This document shows positions 47,511 to 56,602 of a stretch of 64,000 nucleotides of DNA, in pieces. The notes under the pieces are model-generated. The model searched no databases. It had not been told where the DNA came from and saw only the letters and a program-made list of their open reading frames with translations. Position 1 is the stretch's first letter. Each line of letters begins with the position of its first letter. The stretch is from positions 1,771-65,770 of IMG/VR virus record IMGVR_UViG_3300028326_000183. The stretch is one strand, 5' to 3'. Origin of the DNA: a virus. A program made the translations under genes and the position numbers.

Positions 47511-48043
47511 GTCGTTAAATTCTTGTTTATACGTTCATTCTGTTCTATCTTATCGTCATATTGAGATAGCATTTCTGCAATCTTATTTTGTGTTCCTATA
47601 TCAGGTATAGAAACTAAAATATTATCAAAAGTATCACGCGTTATAGTATCAAACACAGATCCATGTGTAATCTTCTTCAGTTTTGAAATGCTATTCTTAA
47701 CCAAATAATACAGGAAAGTCTGATTAAGGCCATCCTTGCTTCGAATACCATAGCACGACTGATTAAAAGCCATCGGAAAAGGTATCATAGCCATTTCTCC
47801 AACGGTTCCTCTAGCAGAAATAATAATGTCATCTTCCTGTAGCATTTTTGTGGAACTATGTTCTAATCCCGCCTCGCTAATATGTTTCCCCGTTTCGTAG
47901 ACATAACGATTATCGTCGTTAAAGTCTTTAACTGAAAGCCACGGAATGTCTCCATCCCAATACTCTTGGATGGAAGTCTTCGGAGTACCACCGCCAATTA
48001 ATTCTATAGTATCGCTTAAACGCTGTTCTTTCCATTTGCTCAT
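47507..48043 (-). CDS. hsdS: Truncated hsdS N-terminal half (TRD1)
   Basis: 178 aa with its own RBS AGGAAGG; IGGGTPKTS, ISARGTVG, FNQSCYG, GSVFDTIT; ends INKNLTT*. Confidence 0.9.
   Translation of the reverse strand: MSKWKEQRLSDTIELIGGGTPKTSIQEYWDGDIPWLSVKDFNDDNRYVYETGKHISEAGLEHSSTKMLQEDDIIISARGTVGEMAMIPFPMAFNQSCYGIRSKDGLNQTFLYYLVKNSISKLKKITHGSVFDTITRDTFDNILVSIPDIGTQNKIAEMLSQYDDKIEQNERINKNLTT
47516..47529 (-). repeat. hsdS recombination core, site 2
   Basis: Minus-strand TAAACAAGAATTTA. Confidence 0.9.
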
Positions 48044-48056
48044 ACTCTGTACCTTC

Positions 48057-49046
48057 CTAACCTATATATTTCCTGTGCGCCCGCTTAACATTACTTTGTT
48101 TAACCATCGCGTACTGGAGCGTTGTATCTATCCTTTTATGTCCTAGTAGCTGCTGTAGCTGCTCTATCGGCATTCCTTTATCTATTGCCATCGTAGCGAG
48201 CGTCCGGCGAAACTTGTGTGGATGCACCTTGGGAATATCCAGCCGTTTCCCAAGCTCCCTGAGTCTACTCTCGACACCACCTATTTTCAATCGATTATAT
48301 GGTGCCCTTAATGTCACAAACAGTGCCGGATTATCGTCCGACCGCTTCTGCAAGTAATTCTGCATGTGTATTTTTGTCCGTGCATCGAAATAGACCACCC
48401 GCTCCTTTCTGCCTTTACCGAATACCACGCATTCCCGCTCTTCAAAGTTAATATCGTCCCTGTTCAGAAGAACCAGCTCCCCTACTCGCATTCCGGTTGA
48501 CGCTAATATATCAATCAGCGCCAAATCTCTTGGCTCCTTGCAGCTATCACGCATCTTTTCCAATGCCTCATCCGTATAGGTTTCCTTTATTATCGATGCT
48601 GTCTTTACCTTATGAATCCTGCGCACAGGACTTTTCAGGATATAGTCCTCATCCTCTAGCCACGAAAAAAAGCTTGATAGGATCCGGCGAATGTTATCAA
48701 CCGTAACCTTACTGGACTGTTTTTCCCACTGATATCCAGTCAGGTAAGTTCGAAGCTCATCTGTTGTAATCTCTCGAACTTTCTTTTCAACCTTCGCAAG
48801 CATTTTTTCAATTGTTGTCTTGTAGTATGTCAGCGTCTTTTCCGAGCAGCCTTCGATTCTCTTCGCCGAAAGGAATGACTCTAACAACTGTTCATTCGTT
48901 GCACCAATATTAGTTTCTTGCTCCGCCTCCGTTATCTCCTTTTGGAATAGCGCATGTTCCAATACTTCCTGCAGCCTTTCCAACTGTGCATTGTTGAGGC
49001 TACCGAGCATGCCTTGCACAACCTCGTTTATTACTTTCTGTTTCAT
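48057..49046 (-). CDS. Tyrosine recombinase (Xer-like) of the hsdS shufflon
   Basis: STGMRVGEL, GKGRKER, HPHKFRRT, LLGHKRIDTTLQYA. Confidence 0.95.
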   Translation of the reverse strand: MKQKVINEVVQGMLGSLNNAQLERLQEVLEHALFQKEITEAEQETNIGATNEQLLESFLSAKRIEGCSEKTLTYYKTTIEKMLAKVEKKVREITTDELRTYLTGYQWEKQSSKVTVDNIRRILSSFFSWLEDEDYILKSPVRRIHKVKTASIIKETYTDEALEKMRDSCKEPRDLALIDILASTGMRVGELVLLNRDDINFEERECVVFGKGRKERVVYFDARTKIHMQNYLQKRSDDNPALFVTLRAPYNRLKIGGVESRLRELGKRLDIPKVHPHKFRRTLATMAIDKGMPIEQLQQLLGHKRIDTTLQYAMVKQSNVKRAHRKYIG

Positions 49047-49140
49047 GGTCATTTCTCCTTTAATTAATTGTAGAGAATGACTACGGAGTGGCAGTCTCTC
49101 GTTTTAACTCTTGCCACTCACAAGAGTTATGGTCGTATAT

Positions 49141-49154
49141 TAAACAAGAATTTA
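49141..49154 (+). repeat. hsdS recombination core, site 3
   Basis: TAAACAAGAATTTA immediately beyond the hsdS stop; a GAGTGGCA/TGCCACTC inverted repeat lies next to it (49086-49119). Confidence 0.9.
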
Positions 49155-49159
49155 GTGGA

Positions 49160-50248
49160 TTAAATGTCAATGTCTGAGACATCAAGTTCACCGGACATTA
49201 GCTGTGGCAACAATGAATCCCTAAGCTCTGCTAGTTTAGTATTTTCCAGCAAATTAGCATCATACATAGCCATAAGCTGACCTGCTGTGTTCTCATATTG
49301 TTGAAGAGTCTCTTTGTCAGGAAGAAGAACAGATACTTTATTCATATCTCCCTGAGTGATAAGGGGCTGGGTGGAACCACGGTTCATTGCGTGATAATCA
49401 ATTCTTTGTAAGATTTGATATGTGTACTCATAAAAGTCGCTCGTAATTACAAGAGTATTATCAGATGTCCAGCAAGGAGAATTAAAACGCTGAATTACAC
49501 CGTGTGTTCCAACGCGTCCGGTAACAAGGATCTTGTTGATATGATTTGGTTCAGACGTGAAGCCCATCACTGAGGCAGCACCGACTATTGGGGTTTTTGA
49601 TATATCAGTTTTTTCTGATGATTTCATCGGTGGGCGTTTGCCGCTTGCGAGCGAAGCAATATCAGAAAGAATTCCTTTTTTCCATGAGGATGGGCAGATG
49701 CCATCATACTGGATAATATCCTCAAATTGTGCCTGATAAAGTGATGATACTTGCTGCTCTAAATTCTTGTTTATCTCATTATTCAAATATATTTTGTCAT
49801 CAAGCGCCCCTATTATTGATATTATTTTCCTTTGGTCATTTATCTGTGGAATTGCCAACGGTATAGCGTTCATATTTGTTTGACTAAGCTTTGGCTGTGC
49901 TGATCCAGTAATATACCCAGACAAATCCATGCTATTAATTAAATAGTATAGATAATGTAAATCACATTTCGAATTATTCCTCAAAATATGAGCATGATTA
50001 TTGACCCAAAATTTTCCTTTCACTAATTGAGCAATATTTTGCTTATGCGATTTAAGATTTTCACCATCTTCTGCAATTAACAGATACTCACCATCAAAAA
50101 TATAATCATCAACGTAATCTATTACACCTTGAGCGCCATAATATCTATATTTACCTCCTCTATTCTTTCTTTGTATAGAAGATAGTGGTACACGCATACG
50201 ATCATAATTTTCCGTTACTTCATCAAATCTAAAAATTTCAGATTTCAT
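49160..50248 (-). CDS. hsdS: Type I RM specificity subunit (currently full length)
   Basis: Two TRDs joined by the INKNLEQQ conserved region; GSAQPKL, GSTQPLI; ends LRDSLLPQLMSGELDV; start overlaps the hsdM stop. Confidence 0.95.
   Translation of the reverse strand: MKSEIFRFDEVTENYDRMRVPLSSIQRKNRGGKYRYYGAQGVIDYVDDYIFDGEYLLIAEDGENLKSHKQNIAQLVKGKFWVNNHAHILRNNSKCDLHYLYYLINSMDLSGYITGSAQPKLSQTNMNAIPLAIPQINDQRKIISIIGALDDKIYLNNEINKNLEQQVSSLYQAQFEDIIQYDGICPSSWKKGILSDIASLASGKRPPMKSSEKTDISKTPIVGAASVMGFTSEPNHINKILVTGRVGTHGVIQRFNSPCWTSDNTLVITSDFYEYTYQILQRIDYHAMNRGSTQPLITQGDMNKVSVLLPDKETLQQYENTAGQLMAMYDANLLENTKLAELRDSLLPQLMSGELDVSDIDI
49760..49773 (-). repeat. hsdS recombination core, site 4
   Basis: Minus-strand TAAACAAGAATTTA inside the expressed hsdS. 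Confidence 0.9.
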
Positions 50249-51743
50249 ACCCAATCGCCCCCAATTTCTTTTTGATTTCATCTTCAAGCTTATGGGATTT
50301 TTCAAACATCTCCGAAAGCTCCGAAGTAAGACGTGTCATCTTTTCATCAAACGGTTCACCATCTTCTTCCTGTTCTTCAATACCCACATAACGCCCCGGT
50401 GTCAAAATATAGTCTTGTTTCGCTATATCCTCAGTGGTTGATACAGCACAGAATCCCTTCTCATCTTCCAGTGTACCATTCTGGAAAGCCTCAAAAGTAT
50501 CTGCAAGTCTTTGAATATCATCTTCAGAAAAGTCACGGTGTTTTCTGTCTACCATATGCCCCATTTTACGGGCATCAATAAATACTGTCTTACCTTTCTG
50601 CTTTTTACCCTTCGTAATAAACCAAAGTGTTACCGGAATCGTCACGCTATAGAAAAGCTGAGTAGGCATTGCTACAATACCCTCAATCAAATCATCTTCT
50701 ATTATTTTCTGTCTAATATCTCCTTCTCCACCGGATTGAGTTGAAAGAGCTCCATTTGCAAGTACTAGTCCTATCTTCCCTCCCGGCGCAAGGTGATGAA
50801 TCATATGCTGAATCCATGCAAAGTTGGCATTGCCTGCTGGAGGAAGTCCATATTTCCAACGGACATCATCTTTCAATTTTTCCTGGCCCCATGGATTATA
50901 ATTAAATGGAGGATTTGCAAGTACAAAATCAGCTTTTAATGTTGGATGAAGATCATTTGCAAATGTATCTGCATGATATGGCCCGAGATCTGCATCAAGA
51001 CCGCGAATTGTTAAATTCATAATAGCCATTTTCCATGTATCAGGATTTGCTTCCTGACCGTATATAGAAATGGCTTCTCGATTCGTTGAATGCGCCTGAA
51101 TAAATTTTGCGCTCTGAACAAACATTCCGCCAGATCCGCAGCAAGGGTCGTATACACGACAATTTGAATATGGTTTCAATATAGCAACAAGAGTATTTAA
51201 AATACTCGATGGTGTGAAGAATTCTCCACCACCTTTTCCTTCTTTTGCAGCGAACTGTGATATGCAGTATTCATATGTCCTTCCAAGAAGATCTTTGGTA
51301 CCATCCGTTTCATGCATGTCCATATTAGTGAAAAGATCAACGACATCACCTAATACACGTTTATCAAGATCCGGGCTCGCATAATTTTTTGGTAAGACAT
51401 TCTTCAATTTTTTATTATCAGCTTCTATAGCACGCATAGCATTATCTATTACAGTGCCGATTTCAGGTTTATGCGCTGCTGCCGCGATTACGCTCCATCT
51501 TGCATCTTCCGGAACAAAGAATACATTATCTTCAAGATAGGCGTCAACATCATTTTCAAATCCATCACCCTCATCAATAAGTTGTTTGTATTTTTTCTCG
51601 AATGAAGTGGATATGTATCTTAAAAAAATCAGTCCAATAATAACATTCCTATACTCTGCCGCAGGGATATGTCCCCATAACACGCAGGCCGCATCCCATA
51701 GTTCTTTCTCAAATCCGATATTCGCATTATTCTTTTCTGCCAT
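50238..51743 (-). CDS. hsdM: Type I RM methyltransferase subunit
   Basis: GEFFTPSS, YDPCCGSGGMF, ANPPFN, LTPGRYVG; extended -10 TGGTATAAT at 51772-51780. Confidence 0.97.
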   Translation of the reverse strand: MAEKNNANIGFEKELWDAACVLWGHIPAAEYRNVIIGLIFLRYISTSFEKKYKQLIDEGDGFENDVDAYLEDNVFFVPEDARWSVIAAAAHKPEIGTVIDNAMRAIEADNKKLKNVLPKNYASPDLDKRVLGDVVDLFTNMDMHETDGTKDLLGRTYEYCISQFAAKEGKGGGEFFTPSSILNTLVAILKPYSNCRVYDPCCGSGGMFVQSAKFIQAHSTNREAISIYGQEANPDTWKMAIMNLTIRGLDADLGPYHADTFANDLHPTLKADFVLANPPFNYNPWGQEKLKDDVRWKYGLPPAGNANFAWIQHMIHHLAPGGKIGLVLANGALSTQSGGEGDIRQKIIEDDLIEGIVAMPTQLFYSVTIPVTLWFITKGKKQKGKTVFIDARKMGHMVDRKHRDFSEDDIQRLADTFEAFQNGTLEDEKGFCAVSTTEDIAKQDYILTPGRYVGIEEQEEDGEPFDEKMTRLTSELSEMFEKSHKLEDEIKKKLGAIGYEI

Positions 51744-51980
51744 AATTAATTCCTTTCTATTCACGATATAAATTATACCATAAATATATTCAAAATCTTT
51801 TGCTCATTATTATACATGTTATTTAAATTGCGATATGTGACATTATTTACGTCTACGAGAAGAACTCCTTACAGAATGATAGAATCTGCAGGCCCAACTG
51901 ACGATGAAAATCATCGACAATGCTTGTTTTGATGAACCGGTATTAAAGAAACGACATGTCAGTTCATATCGAAAAAGTAT

Positions 51981-52067
51981 TGGTGCGACTGGAGGGAGTC
52001 GAACCCTCAATCTCTCACGAGCAACGGATTTTAAGTCCGTCTTGTATGCCAGTTCCAACACAGTCGC
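51981..52067 (-). tRNA. tRNA-Leu (anticodon TAA), CCA encoded
   Basis: GCGACTG/CAGTCGC acceptor stem, anticodon arm ACGGA-CTTAAAA-TCCGT, long variable arm, GGTTCGACTCC T-loop, ACCA end. Confidence 0.93.
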
Positions 52068-52070
52068 ATA

Positions 52071-52223
52071 TTATTCCAATTCTTCGATTGCTTCTTTCAG
52101 CTCCTCTAAGGTATCATAATCCTCAGCGTCCAGTCCAAGCTCTGCCGCCCGCTACAGAAGATCTTCGTTATCATCAAAGCCGCCCAGCATATCAAATCCT
52201 ATCAATTCTTCAAAGAAGTCCAT
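52071..52223 (-). pseudogene. Small acidic ORF interrupted by an in-frame TAG
   Basis: MDFFEELIGFDMLGGFDDNEDLL*RAAELGLDAEDYDTLEELKEAIEELE*; TAG at 52152-52154. Confidence 0.6.
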
Positions 52224-52226
52224 TGT

Positions 52227-52604
52227 TTATTCCTCCGAATACTCCTTCCCCTCGTATGTCATATTAAGAGTTTTAAGTTCATCAAGAGATTTCAATTCTA
52301 CAATGTCAACCATCCTCCAGGGACTGTATCCATTCCATAATTGGTGAAACGGATAATGATGCTGCATTATTGTCATTTTAGTTAAATTTCGATCAGTCAT
52401 AAAACACAAATCCGGCATTTCCGAAATACCGAAAGTCTGCTTTATCATTTCAGCGTAGTTATCATCTTTATTACATTCTTTACAACGTTCCAAAGAAGAC
52501 GTTCCATTACTAAACTCATATGACTTTTTTAGAATCTCAAATTCATCAAATGAAACCGCTATAAAGAATTGCTGTCCTTCCGGATTAAAACTGATTACTT
52601 TCAT
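52227..52604 (-). CDS. Hypothetical protein
   Basis: 125 aa, RBS AGGAG; follows the YolD-like gene. Confidence 0.7.
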   Translation of the reverse strand: MKVISFNPEGQQFFIAVSFDEFEILKKSYEFSNGTSSLERCKECNKDDNYAEMIKQTFGISEMPDLCFMTDRNLTKMTIMQHHYPFHQLWNGYSPWRMVDIVELKSLDELKTLNMTYEGKEYSEE

Positions 52605-52620
52605 TACGATTCTCCTAGTT

Positions 52621-52941
52621 TCAATTAATCTCCGTTAGTGCACTCACCGGTATACTTATCTCCCCGACATACAGCATGCCGTCTTTCAGTTTACTTACCT
52701 TTCCGATCACGGTAAGATATTCACCGCCGCAGTAGTATCTTGCTGTTATATCATCTCCGGCTTTCAGATCCCTGATCCTCCTGTCGAGCTCAGCTGCCGC
52801 TTCTTCCGACAGTTCCGTCCTTTCCGTTCTGGCCATTTCTCTTTCCTTCAGGCGCAGTGCATGATCCAGGCCGGTGACCGCTGCGAAAGGCTTGAACTGC
52901 TTGGCGCGGTCAGATACTGTCATCTTACTTCTTTCCGCCAC
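52621..52941 (-). CDS. YolD-like protein
   Basis: DRAKQFKPFAAVTGL...ELSEE...ITARYYCGGEYLTVIGKV; overlaps the end of the polymerase gene. Confidence 0.85.
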   Translation of the reverse strand: MAERSKMTVSDRAKQFKPFAAVTGLDHALRLKEREMARTERTELSEEAAAELDRRIRDLKAGDDITARYYCGGEYLTVIGKVSKLKDGMLYVGEISIPVSALTEIN

Positions 52942-54187
52942 TTTTATGCCCTCCTATCTGCACATTTCTGTCTCGCGTTGTAGCAGCTTCTTTTAGATCC
53001 ATGCCCTTAAACATAGCATTCTTCCCGTATTTCTTTTTTACCGAAAGTACTGCCTCCTGCATTTTCTGCTCGCTGACATCCGAATCATCAAAAAACGAAA
53101 GCTGTTCTATCCCAGTATTCTCTGTGGTCCTGTTGCAGCATATATTGACGCGCCTTATAGATTTATCGTGATCTACTATTCTTTCATAAAGGTCTACTGC
53201 CGCAGGAACGATCGTCTTTGCTGAATTCGTATCCATATCGAAAGAGACCGTGCCGTTCGCAGGATCAGTATGCAGCTTATTCGAATATCCGACTCTTATT
53301 GTGACCGAGGCAGTGATGAGATTCTTTTCAACGAGATCAAGGCAGAGCGCATCCATCATTTCACGTATTATGAGCTTTCCTTCTTCAAAGGAATAATCAC
53401 GCATCAGTACCTGGCCGCTTGTGATGCTGTTCGTCTTTGATTTATACGCTTTGATATCAGCTATAGTTACGGGTTCCCTGCCCCACGCATGATCTATGAG
53501 AAGCTCCGCGTCGATCCCGAATGTCCTGTAAAGAAGCTCTTCATCAGCATGAGCAAGCTGCCCCATGGTGAATATGTTACAGTTCTCAAGTCTTTTTGCT
53601 ATCCCCGGGCCTATGCGCCAAAAGTCTGTCAGCGGCCTGTGATCCCATAAGGTCTTTATATACCGTTCTTCATCGAGATATCCGATGAAATCAGAAGAAT
53701 GCTTAGCAGTAATATCGAGCGCGATCTTCGTAAGATACAGGTTGGTGCCGATCCCGCATGTCGCCCTTATACCTGTTTCACGATACACCTCACCCATCAG
53801 GAACTCGGCCATTTCTTTCGCATTTTTTCCGTAAGTTTTAAGATAAGGTGAAACGTCAATGAATGCCTCGTCGATCGAATAGACATGGATATCGTCTTTG
53901 GAAATGTACTTAAGATAAATACCGTAGATTTCAGCTGCGTAGTCGATGTATTTCTGCATCCTCGGCTCCGCCATGATATAATCGATGCTCCTCGGGATCT
54001 CAAATACTCTGCATCGGTTTTTCACGCCAAGAGCTTTCATGGAAGGAGATACAGCCAGACATATCGTCTTATCTGAACGCTCCGGATCGGCAACGACCAG
54101 ATTGGCCGTCATTGGATCCAGTCCCCTTTCCACGCATTCGACAGAAGCATAAAAAGACTTAAGATCTATACAAAGATACATTTTCAT
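52925..54187 (-). CDS. Y-family translesion DNA polymerase (UmuC/ImpB/DinB-like)
   Basis: CIDLKSFYASVE, YSIDEAFID, GIGTNLYLTKIA, FWRIGPG. Confidence 0.95.
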   Translation of the reverse strand: MKMYLCIDLKSFYASVECVERGLDPMTANLVVADPERSDKTICLAVSPSMKALGVKNRCRVFEIPRSIDYIMAEPRMQKYIDYAAEIYGIYLKYISKDDIHVYSIDEAFIDVSPYLKTYGKNAKEMAEFLMGEVYRETGIRATCGIGTNLYLTKIALDITAKHSSDFIGYLDEERYIKTLWDHRPLTDFWRIGPGIAKRLENCNIFTMGQLAHADEELLYRTFGIDAELLIDHAWGREPVTIADIKAYKSKTNSITSGQVLMRDYSFEEGKLIIREMMDALCLDLVEKNLITASVTIRVGYSNKLHTDPANGTVSFDMDTNSAKTIVPAAVDLYERIVDHDKSIRRVNICCNRTTENTGIEQLSFFDDSDVSEQKMQEAVLSVKKKYGKNAMFKGMDLKEAATTRDRNVQIGGHKSGGKK

Positions 54188-54206
54188 GCTTCACCTCCCG
54201 TCTCAA

Positions 54207-54247
54207 GAACATACGTTCAGTATAACATTTAGGGCCATATGTTTCAA
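54207..54247 (-). promoter_or_regulatory. SigA promoter with a LexA box just downstream of -10
   Basis: TTGAAA-17-TATACT; GAAC-ATAC-GTTC at 54207-54218. Confidence 0.88.
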
Positions 54248-54561
54248 TTCCTTATTCATATCATATTTATTAGAAATAATATTGATGTGATCGAATGTAT
54301 CGCCAGTCAAAGCGCTTCCGCCCGCTGCAGAAGATCTTCCTCAGCTTCATTTCGAGCAGAAAATCCTCCCGGACCAATTTCATTTTATCATTGATCCGAA
54401 AGAATTAACATATTACTAAGCCACTATGGTTTACACAAAATGGCTTACAGTCTTGTACAAGAAAATATCCGCACCCCACACTCGTTAACATGTAAAAATA
54501 GAAACAAGCTACCACATAGGTTAATAAGCCCATGTGATAGCTTGCTTCTTTACGATTTAAG

Positions 54562-54771
54562 CTACTTATCACCATACCTGCTATTCCAGCAGTCAATACA
54601 CATTACTTCACCATATTCTTCAGTAATAAATGAGGCTAGATACTCTCCACCACAAAGTGGACATGTATAGAAAACATTTTCTCCAGAATCATCATAAGTA
54701 TGTTGCTCGAGTTCATCGTAATTTACATTCTCATCATATTCAACATCTGTATCACTATTGTATTTAATCAT
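54562..54771 (-). CDS. Small acidic zinc-ribbon protein
   Basis: CPLC...CIDC; RBS GGAGG. Confidence 0.7.
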   Translation of the reverse strand: MIKYNSDTDVEYDENVNYDELEQHTYDDSGENVFYTCPLCGGEYLASFITEEYGEVMCIDCWNSRYGDK

Positions 54772-54785
54772 ATAATACTTCCTCC

Positions 54786-54980
54786 TTAATCTTCATTTGG
54801 ATTGCTGAAATCTTCGGCAGATTCATAAATATCATCTGATGAGATACTGTTTTTGTGACCGCATTCTGTGCATTTCCATACGTAGTGATGGTCATCAAAA
54901 TCTGGCTGATTGTTTAGATAAGCATTACAACGGTCACAGTACCAATCGATATCAGGAAATCTTTCTCCCATAATTTTCAC
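54786..54980 (-). CDS. Small zinc-ribbon protein
   Basis: WYCDRCNAYLN...WKCTECGHKN; RBS GGAGGTG. Confidence 0.75.
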   Translation of the reverse strand: MKIMGERFPDIDWYCDRCNAYLNNQPDFDDHHYVWKCTECGHKNSISSDDIYESAEDFSNPNED

Positions 54981-55016
54981 CTCCTTTATATGTGACGATT
55001 ACGTCCTGATTGTCTA

Positions 55017-55157
55017 TTAATCTTCTTCGGTTTCATTCTGAGCAGATGTGGTTAACTCCATCATTTTTTGTGCGTAAGTAGTTCCATCAATTTTTTCATC
55101 AGCATACTCCCTCATTAACTCATCAATCTGTTCTTTCAGTTCATTTCTTTCACTCAT
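55017..55157 (-). CDS. Small acidic protein (46 aa)
   Basis: Hand translation MSERNELKEQIDELMREYADEKIDGTTYAQKMMELTTSAQNETEED*; start overlaps the stop of the upstream gene. Confidence 0.6.
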   Translation of the reverse strand: MSERNELKEQIDELMREYADEKIDGTTYAQKMMELTTSAQNETEED

Positions 55158-56220
55158 AAATATCTTCTCCCTTCGTGGGTGTTAAACTTTTTAACCATGT
55201 TTCAAAATCCTTCTTTGCCATGCTGCCATGCAGCACTTCCTGCTTCTTACTGTCGGCTTCGATCTGTAACGTACTGATAAGCCCCGATACTTCGTCAGCC
55301 CTATCTGAATGTCGCCGTTTCTGGTTATACAGTCTCCCGTATGCGTTCTTAATGAGACGATCCAGATCGTTTTTTTTGAGCTTCTTCTGGTGCAGTAGCT
55401 GAGGATAATAATCCTTACACAGTCGCGCCGGGTTCTGCGGCGACGGAAAACTACAGTATTTTGCATCTGACCTTTTTGCCGTGAAAAACTTACCGCAGTC
55501 AGGGTTCTGACACCGTCTTATAACTACATCAGAATTTTCTATATGAACGAACTCAAATATCACAAGAGAGAGGAAGCTGTTTATTACGTAGTAATTATTC
55601 GTCCCGCCCGAGGCATCCAACATAAACTTCATTTCTATGCCCGGGACGATATCTGGATTCTGCAAGCTGCCTAGCAGATCATTATATTTTGCCTTTTCCT
55701 GTTCATCCGCTGTCCCCGATAATGTTTCTGCCAAAGCTGTAAAGAAGCTGAAGGCGTTTACTAGGTCGACATAGTAGTTATTGAAGCAAAGACGAAGAAA
55801 TGTGCCGACGTTTGAGAATCCAATATCATCGAATAGCATAATATTCCCTTCTCTGACCCTCCGTACCTCTTCCAGACGGAGCCTCACCCTACTCTGACTG
55901 TCGAGTGCCCGGTATTGTTCTATTATCCGGATAAAACTGCCCTGTGCGATCCGCTGTGCCGGATATAAGTCGTTATAGAGAAGCGAGGAGAGAACATAGT
56001 CCTCTGCTTTCTCAATGCTGTCCTGTGTCAGCGCATCCTTGTTCATAGGGCAGTTATTAATGCAGTTATGCAGGATACGGCTGATGTCATCAAGAGTCTC
56101 TCCCTGAAATATTAGACACATCAGGTTTCCAACCGGGTAGCTGGAGTACTCTTCATATCTAGATTTCAACACACAGTTCTTGCCGTCCTCATAAGAAATT
56201 ATCAGACCGTTCGTACGCAT
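55150..56220 (-). CDS. CGNR/DUF6076-like protein with a C-terminal zinc finger
   Basis: RRCQNPDCGKFFTAKRSDAKYCSFPSP...LCK. Confidence 0.7.
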   Translation of the reverse strand: MRTNGLIISYEDGKNCVLKSRYEEYSSYPVGNLMCLIFQGETLDDISRILHNCINNCPMNKDALTQDSIEKAEDYVLSSLLYNDLYPAQRIAQGSFIRIIEQYRALDSQSRVRLRLEEVRRVREGNIMLFDDIGFSNVGTFLRLCFNNYYVDLVNAFSFFTALAETLSGTADEQEKAKYNDLLGSLQNPDIVPGIEMKFMLDASGGTNNYYVINSFLSLVIFEFVHIENSDVVIRRCQNPDCGKFFTAKRSDAKYCSFPSPQNPARLCKDYYPQLLHQKKLKKNDLDRLIKNAYGRLYNQKRRHSDRADEVSGLISTLQIEADSKKQEVLHGSMAKKDFETWLKSLTPTKGEDIYE

Positions 56221-56392
56221 ACCTGAACTCCTTTCCCTGATGCAGGCTGGTGACCATGCAGTTGCACTAGATGTTTTATCGCTAACGATAGTTTATATTA
56301 TAGTAGAAAAGTCTATAAAATCCAGGCTTTTTGTTAGACAATATAAAATTATATATAAATGCAGATTATCTATTGGTAACAGCAGCACTACT

Positions 56393-56430
56393 AAAAAAGC
56401 ACCCCAGCGGAATGAAGACCGCCAGAGCGC
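56393..56430 (-). terminator. Strong intrinsic terminator with no annotated gene upstream
   Basis: GCGCTCTGGCGG-TCTTCATT-CCGCTGGGGTGC followed by T6. Confidence 0.65.
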
Positions 56431-56553
56431 TTATGGGTCAGTTGAGTTTTTATGTATTGATGGTCTGGCCGTCACTCAGGGTACAATTCACGTCAGATGT
56501 AACCGCCTATGGCTCATTAATTATGCTGAGCTGTTGGCACTATTATAATCAAG

Positions 56554-56594
56554 AATAAAATAATGGGGGCAACCTTCAAACCGAAAGCTACCCC
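56554..56594 (-). terminator. Terminator of the surface protein gene
   Basis: GGGGTAGCTTTC-GGTTT-GAAGGTTGCCCC followed by ATTATTTTATT. Confidence 0.6.
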
Positions 56595-56602
56595 GATAAC
56601 TT

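Noticed and set aside
51981-52010. tRNA 3' end as the att site of the island
   Set aside because: No duplicate of the tRNA 3' end and no adjacent integrase were seen in the window (the nearby tyrosine recombinase belongs to the hsdS shufflon). It cannot be excluded outside the window.
52152-52154. Amber readthrough or suppressor tRNA
   Set aside because: The adjacent tRNA anticodon TAA reads TTA, not TAG, and a paralogous fragment has CAG at this codon, so a nonsense mutation is simpler.
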